Shown here in pieces: positions 26,401 to 41,400 of a DNA stretch of 64,000 nucleotides. A program made the translations under genes and the position numbers. This DNA comes from Tubiluchus corallicola (Eukaryota > Animalia > Priapulida), in the NCBI GenBank assembly GCA_030141605.1, contig JAQGDQ010000134.1:467043-531042 (forward strand). Direction: 5' to 3'. The first letter of the stretch is position 1; each line of letters starts with the position of its first letter. The notes below the pieces were generated by a model. It saw only the letters and a program-made list of their open reading frames with translations. It was not told where the DNA came from and ran no database searches.

Positions 26401-29400
26401 AAAACTAGGTGTCGTGCAGAGTAAAGGATAAATCCATTAAAAAATTGTAATTTAGTTAGCAAACAGAATTTTACTCGGAATATAAAAACAATCACTGTTA
26501 GATTATAACTGACTGTATACCAAGTTTATGATTTCAATATGGCAAATCTTTGAAAAATTATGCAATGGTGCAGTGTATAGTTAATAAAATTATAAGACGG
26601 AAGTTTATTTTTTCTCACTTGCCCTTAATAAACAAATAAATTCAAGACGTGAAAAAGGGTTAAAATTTTTGCCAAGATACTGTTTTTGGTAAAATATCCG
26701 AAAGACAACAATAAAATTATATGATACAAATACCATTTATTAGACTTACAAGTAAGCAGGTACGTACCTGATTTGCCGCGAGATCTGGGAAAACTAGGCG
26801 TACCCGGTAGGGTGTCATCCCCAGTGTCCTGCAATTGCCGACAGACGTGGTGCTGAGCCACCAGCGTGTTGATCACTAGCTGTACCAGAGTCGACACCTG
26901 CTCATTAATCGGTGCTTGATCATAGCGATACTGCAAGGTAGTTTAAAAATAGGATGTCGCCGGATTATTAGAGCAAAATCTGCTGTCCAGTTCATTTATA
27001 CATTATTTATAAAAACATTAATTCTGTACCTTGTAGAGAATGATGATGAGAGACATAAGCCAGACTTGGCGCTGATGTGGTTCCAGGTACCAGAGTGTAT
27101 AGTTAGGTGGCTGATAATCGCTGGCATAGCGTTGCGGAGATGGAGCGTATGCCAGAATCAACAGAGAAATGGGTAGTATTGTCTGCCCTAACTTCATATT
27201 ACAATCCAGTATCTGAAAATAAGGGACAAAAAATGATTTAAGCACCTCGTCCCACCAAAAATGCAACCATGTGTGATTACTTGCCTAACTATCTGCTAAT
27301 CAAACCTGCCCAAATCCAACAAGTATCAATTTCAGTTAAAAACAAAATTAAACAAAGCAAAGGTAGAATATTTCTAATGACAAATTCCATTTCTAAGTAG
27401 ACTAAGTTCTATGGTGGAATGAACCATAATTAATAAAAAGATTTCCGATAATGTCAGTATCTTGGTAAAAAGTGTGTTTAACAGCTATGTATAAAGGGTT
27501 TGTTACATTACATCAGTTTTGTCATTTGACCGACCAAACGTAACAATAATTACCTTCCTGTTTATGTGAATCTGTTTTAGTAAAGGTTAGTCACACTACG
27601 AATATGCCGTAGCTGCCAACCAATACGTGCTAAAATAATTGTGAAAAACTAAACTGGTGTTTACCTGTCATCAGGAATGTGTATGCGATATGCGGAATAG
27701 ATAACATCAGCTTATATTGTTTTCAATGCACCCGTTTGTCTGCAACTATTTTCTACAGATTTTTATACACAGCTATTCCACAGGTGGATAATGCATAATG
27801 CATTCTGGATGCCAGGTAAACACCTCATTAACCTGATTAATATTTTTAGTATAGAAATTTAATTTCAATAAAAGTCACTGAACGTACGGCCGGAAGCCCA
27901 GAAAGAAAAGCGTTAAAAACAGTCGAACATCTAAGCTTGTACGGCGGTACAGCAAACATCTTTTCATTCTGATTGTAACCCAGCAACACATTTAGATGAC
28001 GTAGAACTAGATTCTGCAGCTTCCCAGTTTTCTTCACGTCTGTACCGAGAACGTAGTTTGGCTCTGCCATAAACTAAAAATGCAATAAATATACATCAAC
28101 TGTGGTAAAGCTTTTCGGCTACTACTGCAGTGATTTGCATTTACATAATGGAAAAAAAACACCGAAATTTAGGCTCCATTAAAATAAGCAAATGAAATTA
28201 TTTTGCAAATTTCTAGAAAAGGTGAAACAATCAGCGCAATAAGTAATTCACCAGTAGGCGAGGTGACTGGTGGACATTGCCAGATAGTACTTTAGTTCCT
28301 AAGATAAGCACTAGGTGCTTTACCTAGTGGTAGCGAAGTGTGACTGGCAACCATTGTCAAGAATGCCACCGATGTGAATCAAGGTCAGTTTTGGTATAAA
28401 CATCCAACTGAGTAGTGTGATTTCACCTGGTGGTGTAGGTCAGGGATAGTGTGCTCGCCTGATGTATGCGGGACGTCATGGACTTCAACTCCCAACTGAG
28501 TCATACGAAAAATTGGTACCGCAGGTGCTTTGACCAAGTACACGAGTTTATCGGAGTAACATGCGGGTAATAATAATCTGGACCATCTTGGGACCAGTAT
28601 TGAGTTACTTAAGGCGTTATCCCTGGACTGTGTCCTAAATGTAATTATTATTATTATTATAGTAGACCCCTGCAGGTGAATGCTGCATCTAGGTTTCCTG
28701 TCCATTTTGTAATACATCCTAACCCAAGTAGAATAAATTCTAATACAGTTTTAAACATGTAGTGACACAAAAAGTGTTGTAAATGCATTACCTTGCAGAG
28801 TAAAGTTACAATGAAGTGAACGGTTTCACGGTCGACACCATTCAGATCCATAGCTTTATGCAGCATCGCTGCAAAGTTACTCTCATCATCGGTGAACTCC
28901 CGGAGGTGACCACCTTGAAATCGACAGCAGGTTAAATGCATTTGTACTCAGTGAAATACGATCCCCAAAAATTCTTAAAAAATAAGTAAGAGAACAAGAT
29001 AAAAAATTGGTTTATGCAATGGAATTTTATCATCTGCTGCATTGCGAGATAGTACTTTAGTTCCTAGTACATCCAAGGTTTACAATAATTCTGCACCATT
29101 CCAAAACGTTAGAATACTTTTGCATAAAAGATTATACTTCCAGGATGCTTTTAGTAAATTAAGTCTCTATACACTACACTGGGAGCCAATGTTTAATCAA
29201 TTTAATATTCATACGTAAAACATTGATTAGTACATTGTCAGAAATATTACGTTGCACAAAAATGTTACGTAACATCAGAAAGAAATAAACAAAATGCGCA
29301 GAGTATATCAAAAATGCACAAATGCACTTTGAAAAATGCAATTTCACAATGCAAGTAAAATTTCCAAGACAAGGCACTATTACTTAATGTTACAGACTAA

Positions 29401-32400
29401 CTGAATATTAGGTAATTAGTTACTTGCTAAAAGCTTAAACAAGCTGATCATCAATAGATGAGCTGCAGGACAAACTATTTATCTAACCTAATAATAAAAA
29501 TGCACTTTAAGTTTTAGTAGCTTACAATGTGTGAGCCAAATTAGTTATCTCTATTAATTTAATAAACAAGTACAAGAGGGGCTTCAGGTTTCCTATGGAG
29601 TTCAGGAACTAGTCCTGACATGAAAAAGTCCTGAAATGGCACATGTGGTGCAGCAACTAGCATCATGATCTTATCTAACCTGGCTTTCATCTAATCTAGT
29701 CGAGTCTCATCTAATGAAATTTAAATCTAATCTGATCTAATCTAATCTGATCTATAATTTAATCTAAAGTAATGTAATCAAATCTAATCTAATTTACTCT
29801 AATGTAATATAACTTGATATAATCTACTCTACTCTACTCTACTCTACTCTACTCTACTCTACTCTACTCTACTCTACTCTACTCTACTCTACTCTACCCT
29901 GCTCTGCTCTGATCTGCTCTACTCTAGGCCAGTCCAGTCTAATATAATTCAATCTAACCTAATTTAATCTAAATTAAACTAATAAAGTTCAATCTAATCA
30001 ATTCCAATCAAGTCCAGTCCAATCCTCTCTAATCTAATAAGATCCAACAAAATGTTATAGAAATGATTTGATTTGATTTAATCTTGTTATTCCATATGTT
30101 ACTTTTTTTCAACTGTGCAAAAATCAAAATACTTCTCGGTATCGTGGGACTTACAGAATTATGTTAATTGTATATACCTGTCATTTGCTGAATGTAGCTG
30201 CTACCAAACCTTGACGACTTGCGTCGTGGCAACGGCGCCGACACCTGCCGAGCGTAGAACGCGTTCAGGTCTGCAACATGCATTAGCCAGTCACCAGAAA
30301 TAAGCACATGCTAATAAAACCCTCGAGAGTAATATCAGCAAACAATAAGATCCAAGCATTAGCAATAATGAGAGTTAGATCAGGAAATGATTAAGCACCA
30401 CATGCTGAATAAGGCTTTAGAAAAATAGATTATATTTAAGAATGAAATAGGAAGAATATATTAGGGCCTTAAAGATTCAGTATAATGGCATGCCTTTGCA
30501 AAAGCCAAACGCATTCTATCGTGAATTTTCACGCTGAACACATCCAGAAAAAGGAGCTGGTTACTCAAATGCATAGTGAATCATACTTCCAAAAAAGAGG
30601 AACAATAGGCAATGTAAGGAATACAAAGGACACACAAAAGCACATGGGCAAAACCAATGGGCACTATCAGTGTTTAACTTCCAATTTAAAAACAAATAAT
30701 ATTAATAAAAAGACAAAAGTTACTATAATACTAAAAATTAGAACAGCAGATCAGGCTGGTAATTATTACTTAAGACTATTAATTCTGATCTCTTTGGAGA
30801 CTTGCATAAATTGAACAACTTTAGTGAAAAAATTGAAAGTGCAAGATATACTAGTAAAGCAATGGCAATCAAAGGTGTAGTCATTCTGAACTATCAAAAA
30901 CAACATTATTTAAATAGATTATTAAAAATGAAGCAATCATTAGCCCAAAACCAGTAAGTCACAAGTTAAGAAAGATATTATTACACTGCTGTCAACTCCA
31001 TGCAGCATTTACACATACGTAAACAATTTCTACGTCTACCTTTTGCCTGTCGACTGTGCGCAAACAGCATGGCTCCAGGTGCAGAAACAGTTCTCTGATA
31101 AAGTGACTTGCGTCCAAAGTTTGACGACGAAGCCATGGAGCGGACACTTGTACTTCGTGCAACTGCAAATCTTGCCTTGTTTAGTTTTTTTAGAAATGCG
31201 TCATTATCCTGTGAGCTGCCTTTCAAGTCTAAACAAAGCGAGTTATCAGGGGTCACAGAAAGGTCACTGAATACTGTCTAAAAAGCAGTAAACATAGCAC
31301 AGCAAACACAGCAATGCAAAATATGATCAGTTCAGTGATGCAAAACTACAGGCAAGCCAGACATCAACTGTTATTTATTATGCAATAATACCCGCGCAAC
31401 TGTAAAAGTTGCCAAAATAATCAATCTTACACACTAAATGCAGAAAAGGTTATATAAGCAAAATGCAAGGCGGCACACAAAAACACACTCACACTCAAAT
31501 TTAAAGGAGATTAGCTACTGCAAAACTGCCAATCTTAGCTGAAAGTGGGTGGCAAGTGAATGCAAAGGGTTGTACCTGTTGGATACGCAATCTCACCGCT
31601 GTTCTCCAGATCAATCTGCGCTTCCAGACACAGCGCGTCAAACCTGTTGTAAAAGAATTCCCACGACAGAATGGGCATCGTTTTCAGGCGCCGGAAGAGC
31701 TTGAATAGATGTAGTATAATGACGGGACGATCAGCAATTACCGAGTCAAACTGTTGTTCCAGACAGTTGACTAAACACTGTAATAATGAAGCTTAAATCA
31801 AATCAATTACCTAACAATATAGATGGAAACATAATGTTACACTATGGGCAAACGAATGCGCAATTGTTGATTAATTACTTGGTGAACTCAAGTACTTTTG
31901 CTGTACAATGTCTTTCAAAGTTAACATTGAAAAGAAAAATAACATTTTGAAAAATCAATGTTTGCCAAGTTCTTTCAATTATTACACCATTTTTACGACA
32001 CTAAACTGTATAACTCAAAAATAATGTAACGAACTGAAAGTACTCGACAAATACATGCTTTATAGGAAGTTAGGTTTTTGCTTTCACCTATGGTTTACTT
32101 TGGAAGAAGTGATTGTTTTTACCAAGAACAAGCTTTCTTTGATCAAGTCTATATCACGTACAGCTTTCTATACTATAGGAGATTCAATTCAACTGCACAG
32201 CATCTTGAAAGAAGTGATTGTTTTTACCAAGACCGAGCTTTCTTTGATCAAGTCTATATCACGTACAGCTTTCTATACTATAGCAGATTCAATTCAACTG
32301 TACAGCATCTTGAAAGAAGTGATTGTTTTTACCAAGACCGAGCTTTCTTTGATCAAGTCTATATCACGTACAGCTTTCTATACTATAGGAGATTCAATTC

Positions 32401-35400
32401 AACTGCACAGCATCTTGAAAGAAGTGATTGTTTTTACCAAGACCGAGCTTTCTTTGATCAAGTCTATATCATGTACAGCTTTCTATACTATAGCAGGTTC
32501 AATTCAACTGTACAGCATCTTGAAAGAAGTGATTGTTTTTACCAAGACCGAGCTTTCTTTGATGGTGTCTATATCATGTATAGCTTTCTGTGCCACAGCA
32601 GGATTCACGTCTTCCATGGCGGCTACCAGATGACAAAACGCTGTCGATAATGCGGACTGTAAAATCTGATTATCTTTTACCGGTTGCGGGTCCAAGAAAC
32701 GAGCCAACACCGTAACCTTCTCAACTGCAATAAACATGTTGAATTTTACATTTAATGCAATCAATTTATAAAAAATGAGTTCTGTTAAACATGTTCTGTA
32801 TTTACCAACACAAGTTTGCATTTCTGATAATGCCGAAGACTAGGAATATCTAAACACAGATTACTTAAATGATTCATTTGGCACATACGTAGAAAAGGCA
32901 CTCACTGCAAAAAAATTTAAAAGTTTTTACATTAATTAAATTACTGTTAAATAATTGGAGCTACTCGACATAAACGTAATGGATAAAATTTAAATCAAAG
33001 TTTGCTAAATAAGTCAAAGATAAATCAAAACACGCCCTATAACTTTTATCAATGTATCTGCCAAAAACTGCCAATATATAATGTTACAATGAATACAGCA
33101 ATATATGCAAATGGTTTGTCAGGTGAGTACTTGTATTCAATTCTCAATTACAAACAAATTGTTTAAGCATTATATGTGCATGCAATTTCCTTGAACAACT
33201 AGCCCAGAATGCAAAATATCAAGTTATTCTTTTACTGAGTTTTTTCTGCCCAACTCCCTGGATATGTTGTTTAGAATACTGTTTAGCATTGGAATCTATT
33301 TCACGAAGATGTTATTTAGAACAAGAAACTCCTCTTTTGTATGTAACAATATAAAACCGGCTAAAAACTCATTGCACGAGCAACAATGAGAACGAGAGCA
33401 AACAGATGTGTTTATAAGGTTACATCACGAGCACGAAACTCAAAAGTCAACCATGGAGTGATATACATTAGCTAGCTATATACAGGTTGACATGTTTTAA
33501 TACTCAATTCCACATTGCAAAGATTTCTTGTGTTACAGTATTCTTGGGAACATAAGCGATGAGTAGTTCGCCAAGGCGTTCACACTAGACTGGAAATCAA
33601 CTCGCAGCAACAAGTCCGAGAGTTTGCAATTTCCTGTTGACAGCAGTTCATCCTTGTGAGTTTGCTGTCAGAGAGAAAACAAGCAACAGAAAACTCACTA
33701 GTCTGAATGTGCTGTAATTTAGAATCCCGTTTTCTGTTACCAAAACTTGTCCTGTCTTCTTAGTACAAAATCCTTCCTACCTGCCGCAAATCGAGCTCTC
33801 ATGTCATCATTAGCAAAGTCATCCTCGACGAGCTTCCAGAAAACGTCAGCACCAGAGGGCAACGTGATGCAGTGCAAGATGAGAGGAACGCAAACATGGG
33901 GAAGCTGAGAATATTTGGCCTGCAGCAACTTCCAGAAACTACAATTACAACATCAGGCAGATTTTAAAGGTACAGAAGATCATTGTTACAAATTAATAAC
34001 TGACGAATTCAAGAAATTTATATTTATTACTAGTATACAGCGTAGTATACAGTGTTCATAACCGAGTCATTAAGCATGTGCAGGTTTAGTGTATATGGCT
34101 GGTGACCCTCCTGGGCTTGTTACTCCCTGCAGGCAATTTCATTCGCCATACCGATTTGCCATTCGAACATGGCTCAGATACCTCTGTCAATTCAGTGGTT
34201 CATTTTAGTCGGATATCCTTGATAGCGAGCAAAGCTCTGGTCTTACCACAAATATTGCTGGGTGGAGTAGATCAGCAATTGAGCGCTGGAGTTGTCCTCG
34301 TCGTTGTCGTCGTCATCATCACTACCCTTATGAATCAAAGCAATAACAAAAAAAATCATTACTGCCTTTATTTATAATAATAGCAATAGCGATTAACTAT
34401 CAATAAATGGAAATCTAACTAACAATATCGAATTACCAACTTACTTTGGAATGAGTAGGTTCTCCTGGGACCAAATGAGGAAACCTCTATGCTCCTTGGC
34501 AGCAAGATTCAGACACTCGGCATGAAGAAACAACAACTTCAGACACTTCAGTGAGTTGTAAATGACGTCCGGATCTGACTGTTCAGCAAGATCCTGGCGA
34601 GAACAAGAAGTAAACAATGTAAGTCAGTTACATGTGAGTCAGAAGAAGACAGTGCATAAAGAGAGGCGTATAGGTGCAGTCATGACACGTGCTTCACAAT
34701 CGACGTTAAGCAACACTTAAGCTGATCACTGAATGATTCAGTACAGACCATGGCTTTATTTCACTTGTTACATTGATTCTGGCTGCTTATCTCGATCAGG
34801 CAAGAATGCATTCATATTCGAACATAGACGCTTCTGCAGATTCGGTGGCGTGTCTTAGACTGTTATCCCTCACAACAAGCAAGTTTTGGTTTAATCATAA
34901 CATCAGATTTAAGTAGGACTTGTCACTGGGTGCTGGAATGTTTCAATGTTAGTGGCATAAATTAATCTTTCTTAAAGGAAAACCGGACGATTGTGTAAAC
35001 ATTAGTTCAAAATAAAGAATGCTCTAAAATGTTAAAAACTACAATAGCTATTTTTTTTAAATCAAAGCTTACATTAAATAATATTACCTAGGATAATTAA
35101 ATTTTCAAAGGCTCAGCGAATCCACTAAGACTGGCAATTGCCCCTTTTTGTCACGTTTGCATGGCTGACAAATAGGCATGGTATCGTGATAAGCACGATA
35201 ATGAAGTACAGTGTTCGTCAGTGATGTAGAGCCCATTTTCGTGACATCACATCACATCAGTGTCTTATAGCAATCTTCAGGGAAGATGCCTACCATTGCA
35301 CAAATTGTGGTTCGGTAGCTGTGTTCGGTTCCCGTTAATTAACTTTCCAAAGTAATTATTCAAATATTAGAAACAATTACAAACTTTTATAGACAAGTAA

Positions 35401-38400
35401 ATTAAATTTATAAGCCATATTTTGGAGTAAATTAAAATGAGATTGAGTATAATCAATCGTCTGGTTTTCCATTAATCAAATTAATTTGATCATCATAAAG
35501 CAGCATACCTTTAGTAATACATAGATGAGCTGCAGCTGAGATGGCAATTCATCCAAAGTGAATTTAAACTTTCCCTGCGACGTGTGCCAGAAATTTGCAT
35601 CGTCCTCTTCTGGTTTCTGCAGCAACTGTTCGTTCTCATCCACCAGTGTTGCCGTAGCAACCTTGGCTGTGGCAAGTCCGACGTCGGTGTCGGTGAGCGT
35701 CACAGCACGTGCAATGGCAGATACGACGTGCTCCTGCGGCATGGCTGCGACCACGTCCATTTCGATGCCACCTTCTTCGCACTCTGTAGCCATCATGATC
35801 TTAGGACCTATAGGACTCATCTCTATGGCTTCATGGGGTTCCCCTGGCTTCATCTACAAAATCATGTGTTAATATTAGACATCAATTTAACATTTTCTAA
35901 TAACAATAATTCTTTTAACTTTTTATGTGTTTATGTCTGTCTAACATTATAGCTTTGTTTATTAACCGATCACTTATTGAAAAACAGCAGAAATTAAACT
36001 CATCAAAGCAATGCTAACACCTCAACTCCACCAAGCAGGGAAAACAGTCCAATGGACCTAACAATCTATGTAAACAAAATCACACCTTGCACAACTGAAA
36101 ACTCAAAACTGCACAAAAAAGACAGATAACGGCAGTTGATTGTACAAGTTTTTTTCATATGAACAAGCAATAAAACCAAGTAGGATAACATGTACATGAA
36201 TTAATACATCAAACTTAACAGTATTAAAAGATTACTCATCATACAGCTTTAACAGCCTTCAATCATTCCAGTATAACTAAAATCTCAGAGCTTTCGTATG
36301 TGATAACTAACATCTAATATTTACTGACCGTCACTAAAAGAGCCATTATTTATCATTGTGATAACATAAATACGAATCCGTATTACTTCTGAGCTGTAAG
36401 GAAACACATTCAGAAACTCCTACTACCACACAAATGAAACTTTCATTTTCATTAGAAATTTTGCAGAAATAACATGAAACAAAATGTGAAAAAACTCTAA
36501 GTGATTGAAAGAAATAACTATATGCATTTGTTCTACAAAATCAAGCTAGGTACTCAAAGACCAATTCATGCAGGAGATCAAATAACAAACTAATAAGCAA
36601 TCCAAAAAATTGGCATAATAAACCCTACGTTGCAGATGAACAGCGAGAGTTTTACAGCATTCTTGATGTACTTTCTAAGGGCACAGAGACGTGTGTAAAA
36701 ACAATAAAGGGCTGCTGGAGATTGCGCACAAGTTCCCCATTTAGAATACTCGAGTTACAGTTTATTTACATGGGATGAAGGCTACAACAATATCTGCTGA
36801 GTTAGTATTTACCTCTTGTTCTGTTAGAAGGTGCACAGCTTCCGACTGCGATTGCGTGGGCTCGGGCTTCTGTTCTTCTTCTTCTTCTTCATCTTCTTCC
36901 CATGCGTCTTCAGCTCGCAGGTCGGCCGTCTTTGCCAGCTTTATTTGCCCTACTGGACAGATACATTCCAAAACCTATAATGACAAAAAAGTGTATGTGT
37001 GGGTTACATGAATAAAAGTAAATAAAGGCAATCAAAAAAAGATGATGCGATAAAATTAAAAGGGCATGCAGTAGAACTCTGGTCTGTGCCAAGGCTTGCG
37101 GAGTAGAATTCTTTACTAAACTACATAGACATTTTAGGTTAAGATATAAACTGATATCTTTGCTCAGTAATCTTTAGCTTCCAAGTGAGAATTTCCCAAA
37201 ATAGAACCTGGGAATAACTTATAGTCATTCATCCTGCTGGAGGTGTTTAGATAAAAGAACTATCCTATCTTATAACACAGTTCCTCCTCTTTTAAAAGAG
37301 CTATAAAGCTAGCAGGGTTCTACCAAGCCCCCATGAAGCAAACCATAACAGTTGTTATACTACACAAGTTCGATTAAGATTAGTGGAAAAATGCACAATT
37401 TGGGAGATTCCCGGTCACCGCCCACCTTCCCTTCCAAACCCATCCCTCCACAAAAGCTTTATGAAACCTAGTGAAGTGGTTGTTATGCACTTTAGCTAAT
37501 TTTCCAAGCAACTGACTGATTGACAGAGTGACTAACTACTAACAAACAAGCTAACAAATCAATGGTGATGAGAACTTGGAGGCAATCAAAATTCTAAAGT
37601 TAAGGCTTACTGCTCAAAAGGAGCAGATGAAGTACTGTAACAATTCTAGGTATACCTGCAGTGCTAATTGATAGAAAATACCAAAAGCGTAGCACAGCAT
37701 ACAGTCATTCGTCTCCTCGATATTAGAGCAGCGATGTTGACCCTGCCAAGGTGCCTCTATCATCAGTTTTAGTGCCATCATTACCTCTTTGGAAAATGGA
37801 GAATCCATCCCTTGATGTAAGGGCATCTCCTGAACTTCAATCTAAAGAATGAGCAGCATTGATCGAAACATACATTCGTAAATCAGAGAAAACAGAACAA
37901 TATCATAAACTTCTTAAATAACTTTCAACAGTAAAATAATAATTGAAGAACGTTCATTACACTAACTAACTACTAACTGGTCGTTACATCTTAATGGCCA
38001 CATTTTTATAAAAAGCTCCTTGGAACAAAGATTGAATATTCATTCTTTTAATATTCAGTCAATTATCACTAATGAATCTTACAATAAAAATGTAACGGTT
38101 TTTCATCTTTTGAAAATGAAAGCATGGTTTTAGATGAAACAATTTAATGGAAAACAAACACTGAGTTAAGCGAGAGAAAAAACTGTAGTTAGCTACACTC
38201 ACTAATGAAGCATTTATTTCGTGAAAAGAAATTACATGAAATTTTGTGCAGCGAGACCACAAAAACTACAGCTACTTTAGGAAATAAGGCCAATACAGAA
38301 TTAATAAGAAATGAGCAAAATTAAGACTAAACCTCAAGTAAGTAGTTTGCAAGTAATACGTGAAGAGTAGAATCCACACCTGTTTGAGTATAATGTCCAG

Positions 38401-41400
38401 CATGAGAATAAAACATGGAAGATTTCTCTCTGCACTGTTGCTGAAATCAGGGCCAGCGACTGTGTTCACACCTTGACCATCGTACTCATCTTCCTCAACG
38501 CAAATCTTAATCTATGATGCATAACCACAGATTTTAAATAACGCAGCCTCTGCCCATATATTATGGGTGAGCTTTAGGGGTAAGCATCCTCTACCACAAA
38601 GCGAATTTGAATCGAATAGACTTTGCGACTTTCTGATAATTTTTTTTAAATTGTGCACAGAAATCATAGCTAAACTGTGCTAACTGCATGATGTTTCAAA
38701 TGTTTTAATGATAAAGAACGTATGTGGTTGAAGTGCTGAATTATTCGAATCTACAATATTAGGTTCGAATCAAATTCGAACTAAAAAAACTCGTTCGAAT
38801 CGAATTCGATTCGAACTTTCGATCTCGAACATTCAATGCTCACCCCATTGAGCTTACACTACCAGATATCGAATTCGAATGAAATTGAATTTCAATGAAT
38901 CCAAATTGAGTTTGAATTCAGTATTAAATATTTTGAATAAATTTTGAATCATTAATAAAAAGTTGTTCTGCAGAGATCATGCATACTGCTTGATTTTGTT
39001 CTGCAGAAGAATTATAATTTATTTAAAAATTATGCTTAGAGATTGCAGCTAAACCATCCTGATTGCATGACATTTCAAGCGTTTTAAAGACCGAACATAA
39101 TCAATGTGTTGAATGATGTGAATCTACAATTTTAGATTCAAATCAAATGTGAATTAAGAAAAGTTCATTCGAAGTGAACTGAAATGTTCAATGATTACTC
39201 CTAACTCACATACACTACTACCCATCTAGCATATAAAGTAAAGTAAAAAATGGTAAGCATGTTCTATAATTTCACAAATTGTTTTTAGACTTAGTAAAGC
39301 ACAATGGCATACCATTAACTTTGTAGCCTCTGGATTATTCTCAACATTAGTATCCATGGTAGAGCTGATTCCAGTCTGAAACACCTTGATAATTTGTTCC
39401 ATTGGTAGGTAAATTTCTAGTGAAGACAGCAACTAAAAAAACACAGAATAAATATTCAATAAATAATAATTAACTACGTAATTTTGAAGCAAATTAACAT
39501 ACATTGAAAATGAATTATACATAACAGCTATGGTATATGACAGTTTGACCGGCCATGATTGCTAATGATTATTTGTTAATACCATTGGAAGGCATAATCT
39601 ATCTTCTTAGTTCGCACACAAACAACATTGTAAACAAATTTTACGACAAAAACTAATTAACTAAACTAAAAAATAAAATTTGCAGTTCTGGCATTCCCAC
39701 CCCTCAGCTTTTGTAACAGAAGTTTGTTGTGGTTAGCAAATCAGTGTAAACAACTGAAAGTAAGTTGAAATCATAGCAGCAAATGTTATTATAGTGGTTC
39801 ACAATAGTGTTGTTAAACGATAGTTATGGGTACAAATCAACACAGAAAATAGCCTAGTTTTGGTATCGTATCACACCCAAATCACTATAGGGAGATTTCT
39901 GTGGGAAGAAAAATGCTAGTATTCTCTATATGGACTGTTTGCTCTGAACACTTATTGCACGGGTGGGCTTCATATCGACTAGCTGCTGAGCTCGCTTAAG
40001 TACGCAGTATTTAGAACAAACAATATTACCAAAGGGATGGGAAAAATAAAAGCTGAATTCTTGCAGTACAGACAGAAATTAATTACCAAATAAAGTTTGA
40101 CTTTGATTTAATATGTTTTTTCACTCACATCAAGTCGATTTGCTAGAAAAATCTATAAACTTTTATCAAATTCAAAATGTTCGTATCGATATCGCATCAC
40201 CAAATTAGTATCGATTAATAACACTAGTACCCAAATCAGCAGTAAACTGCTACATGCCTGTTTCAACATTATAGTCATCTGATTTTTTTCTGTTGGTCTC
40301 TGCTTTGTGCGATGCAAATTGAGCACCATATTGGTCAACTATGCTGTCTTTAGGGCACAAATGCCACAAATTTTGTCAATTCAGCTTTAAAATTTATTAA
40401 TACTGATAATGACTTTATTATTATTTTATCGATATCGTTGTCATCATTGATCGGCACAACACTGGTTTTCACATTGACATACTCTTTCTGTTTCTCTGTC
40501 TTTCTTCTCTTTCATTCTTTTCATCCATCCCACTCTTTCTCCTTTTTCATTTCTTCCTGAGGTGGCCTTTAATTTATGCGGCATTTTGCCATTTTTAGGT
40601 CTCCTGAGCCACACCGCTTTATTATTTGTAGTTTAAGTATATTAACTTTTTGTGTTTGTTGTTTTTTCTTCAGCTATGTTGTAGATTTATATTTGTAATT
40701 CGTATTTTGCTGCATGAAAATAAACTAACTTGAACTTGAACTTGGTCTACTGTGGGAATGCCTTGGAAAAAATATACATGCATGCAACAGGCTAAAAATA
40801 CACATAGCTGGCCACTAGGCATGTCACCTCAGTTTAGTTTTTTCTTCCACAGCTACCAATTTTTTTGTGAAGCTCAGAAACAAATGTATAACACAAAATA
40901 AAAACTGACGACATAGATGACATTTACCTGTAACCATTCCAGAGCTTGTTCTTGGATTATTGCCGGTGTGTTCTGAAACCTTACTGACACAAACTTGTAC
41001 ATCTTATCCACAGAGAACGGCAGAGGACACAGGTCAAGGTCAAACGTTTTACTGAAACAAAATAATACAATAATAAACGATCACATGATAACAGTATCTC
41101 TAAACAAATAGTATGAGATAGGCCTCACTGAGCTAATCCCAATGGTATAAAATGTGTGCACGAGTGAAGTATTTTTCTTCAATAAATTTAACTATAGTTC
41201 TGGAATCATTAGTGGTGGGTCAAAATTAAGCTGTTACATTTTCAGTTTTATAACTACAGTACTAGCACTGTCCTTTTTGCTTGTTACTAGATTTTTAAAC
41301 TTGTACAAAATCAAGTCGCAGGTTTGCAATTCCAAATTTAAAACTGGCAAAATATTAAAGACGTATGATGCTTGCCAAGGCCTGATTAAGAGCTCAAATG

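Noticed and set aside
32055-32650. 192-aa and 190-aa plus-strand repetitive ORFs; superficially CRISPR-like array
   Set aside because: They are antisense read-throughs of a 105-bp (multiple of 3) tandem repeat derived from unc-79 exon 22. Units are full-length repeats with no unique spacers, and the context is eukaryotic.
34102-34377. 91-aa ORF with hydrophobic tail
   Set aside because: Overlaps a dispersed repeat whose second copy has a stop in the same frame; the Val run comes from the (gtc)n tail.
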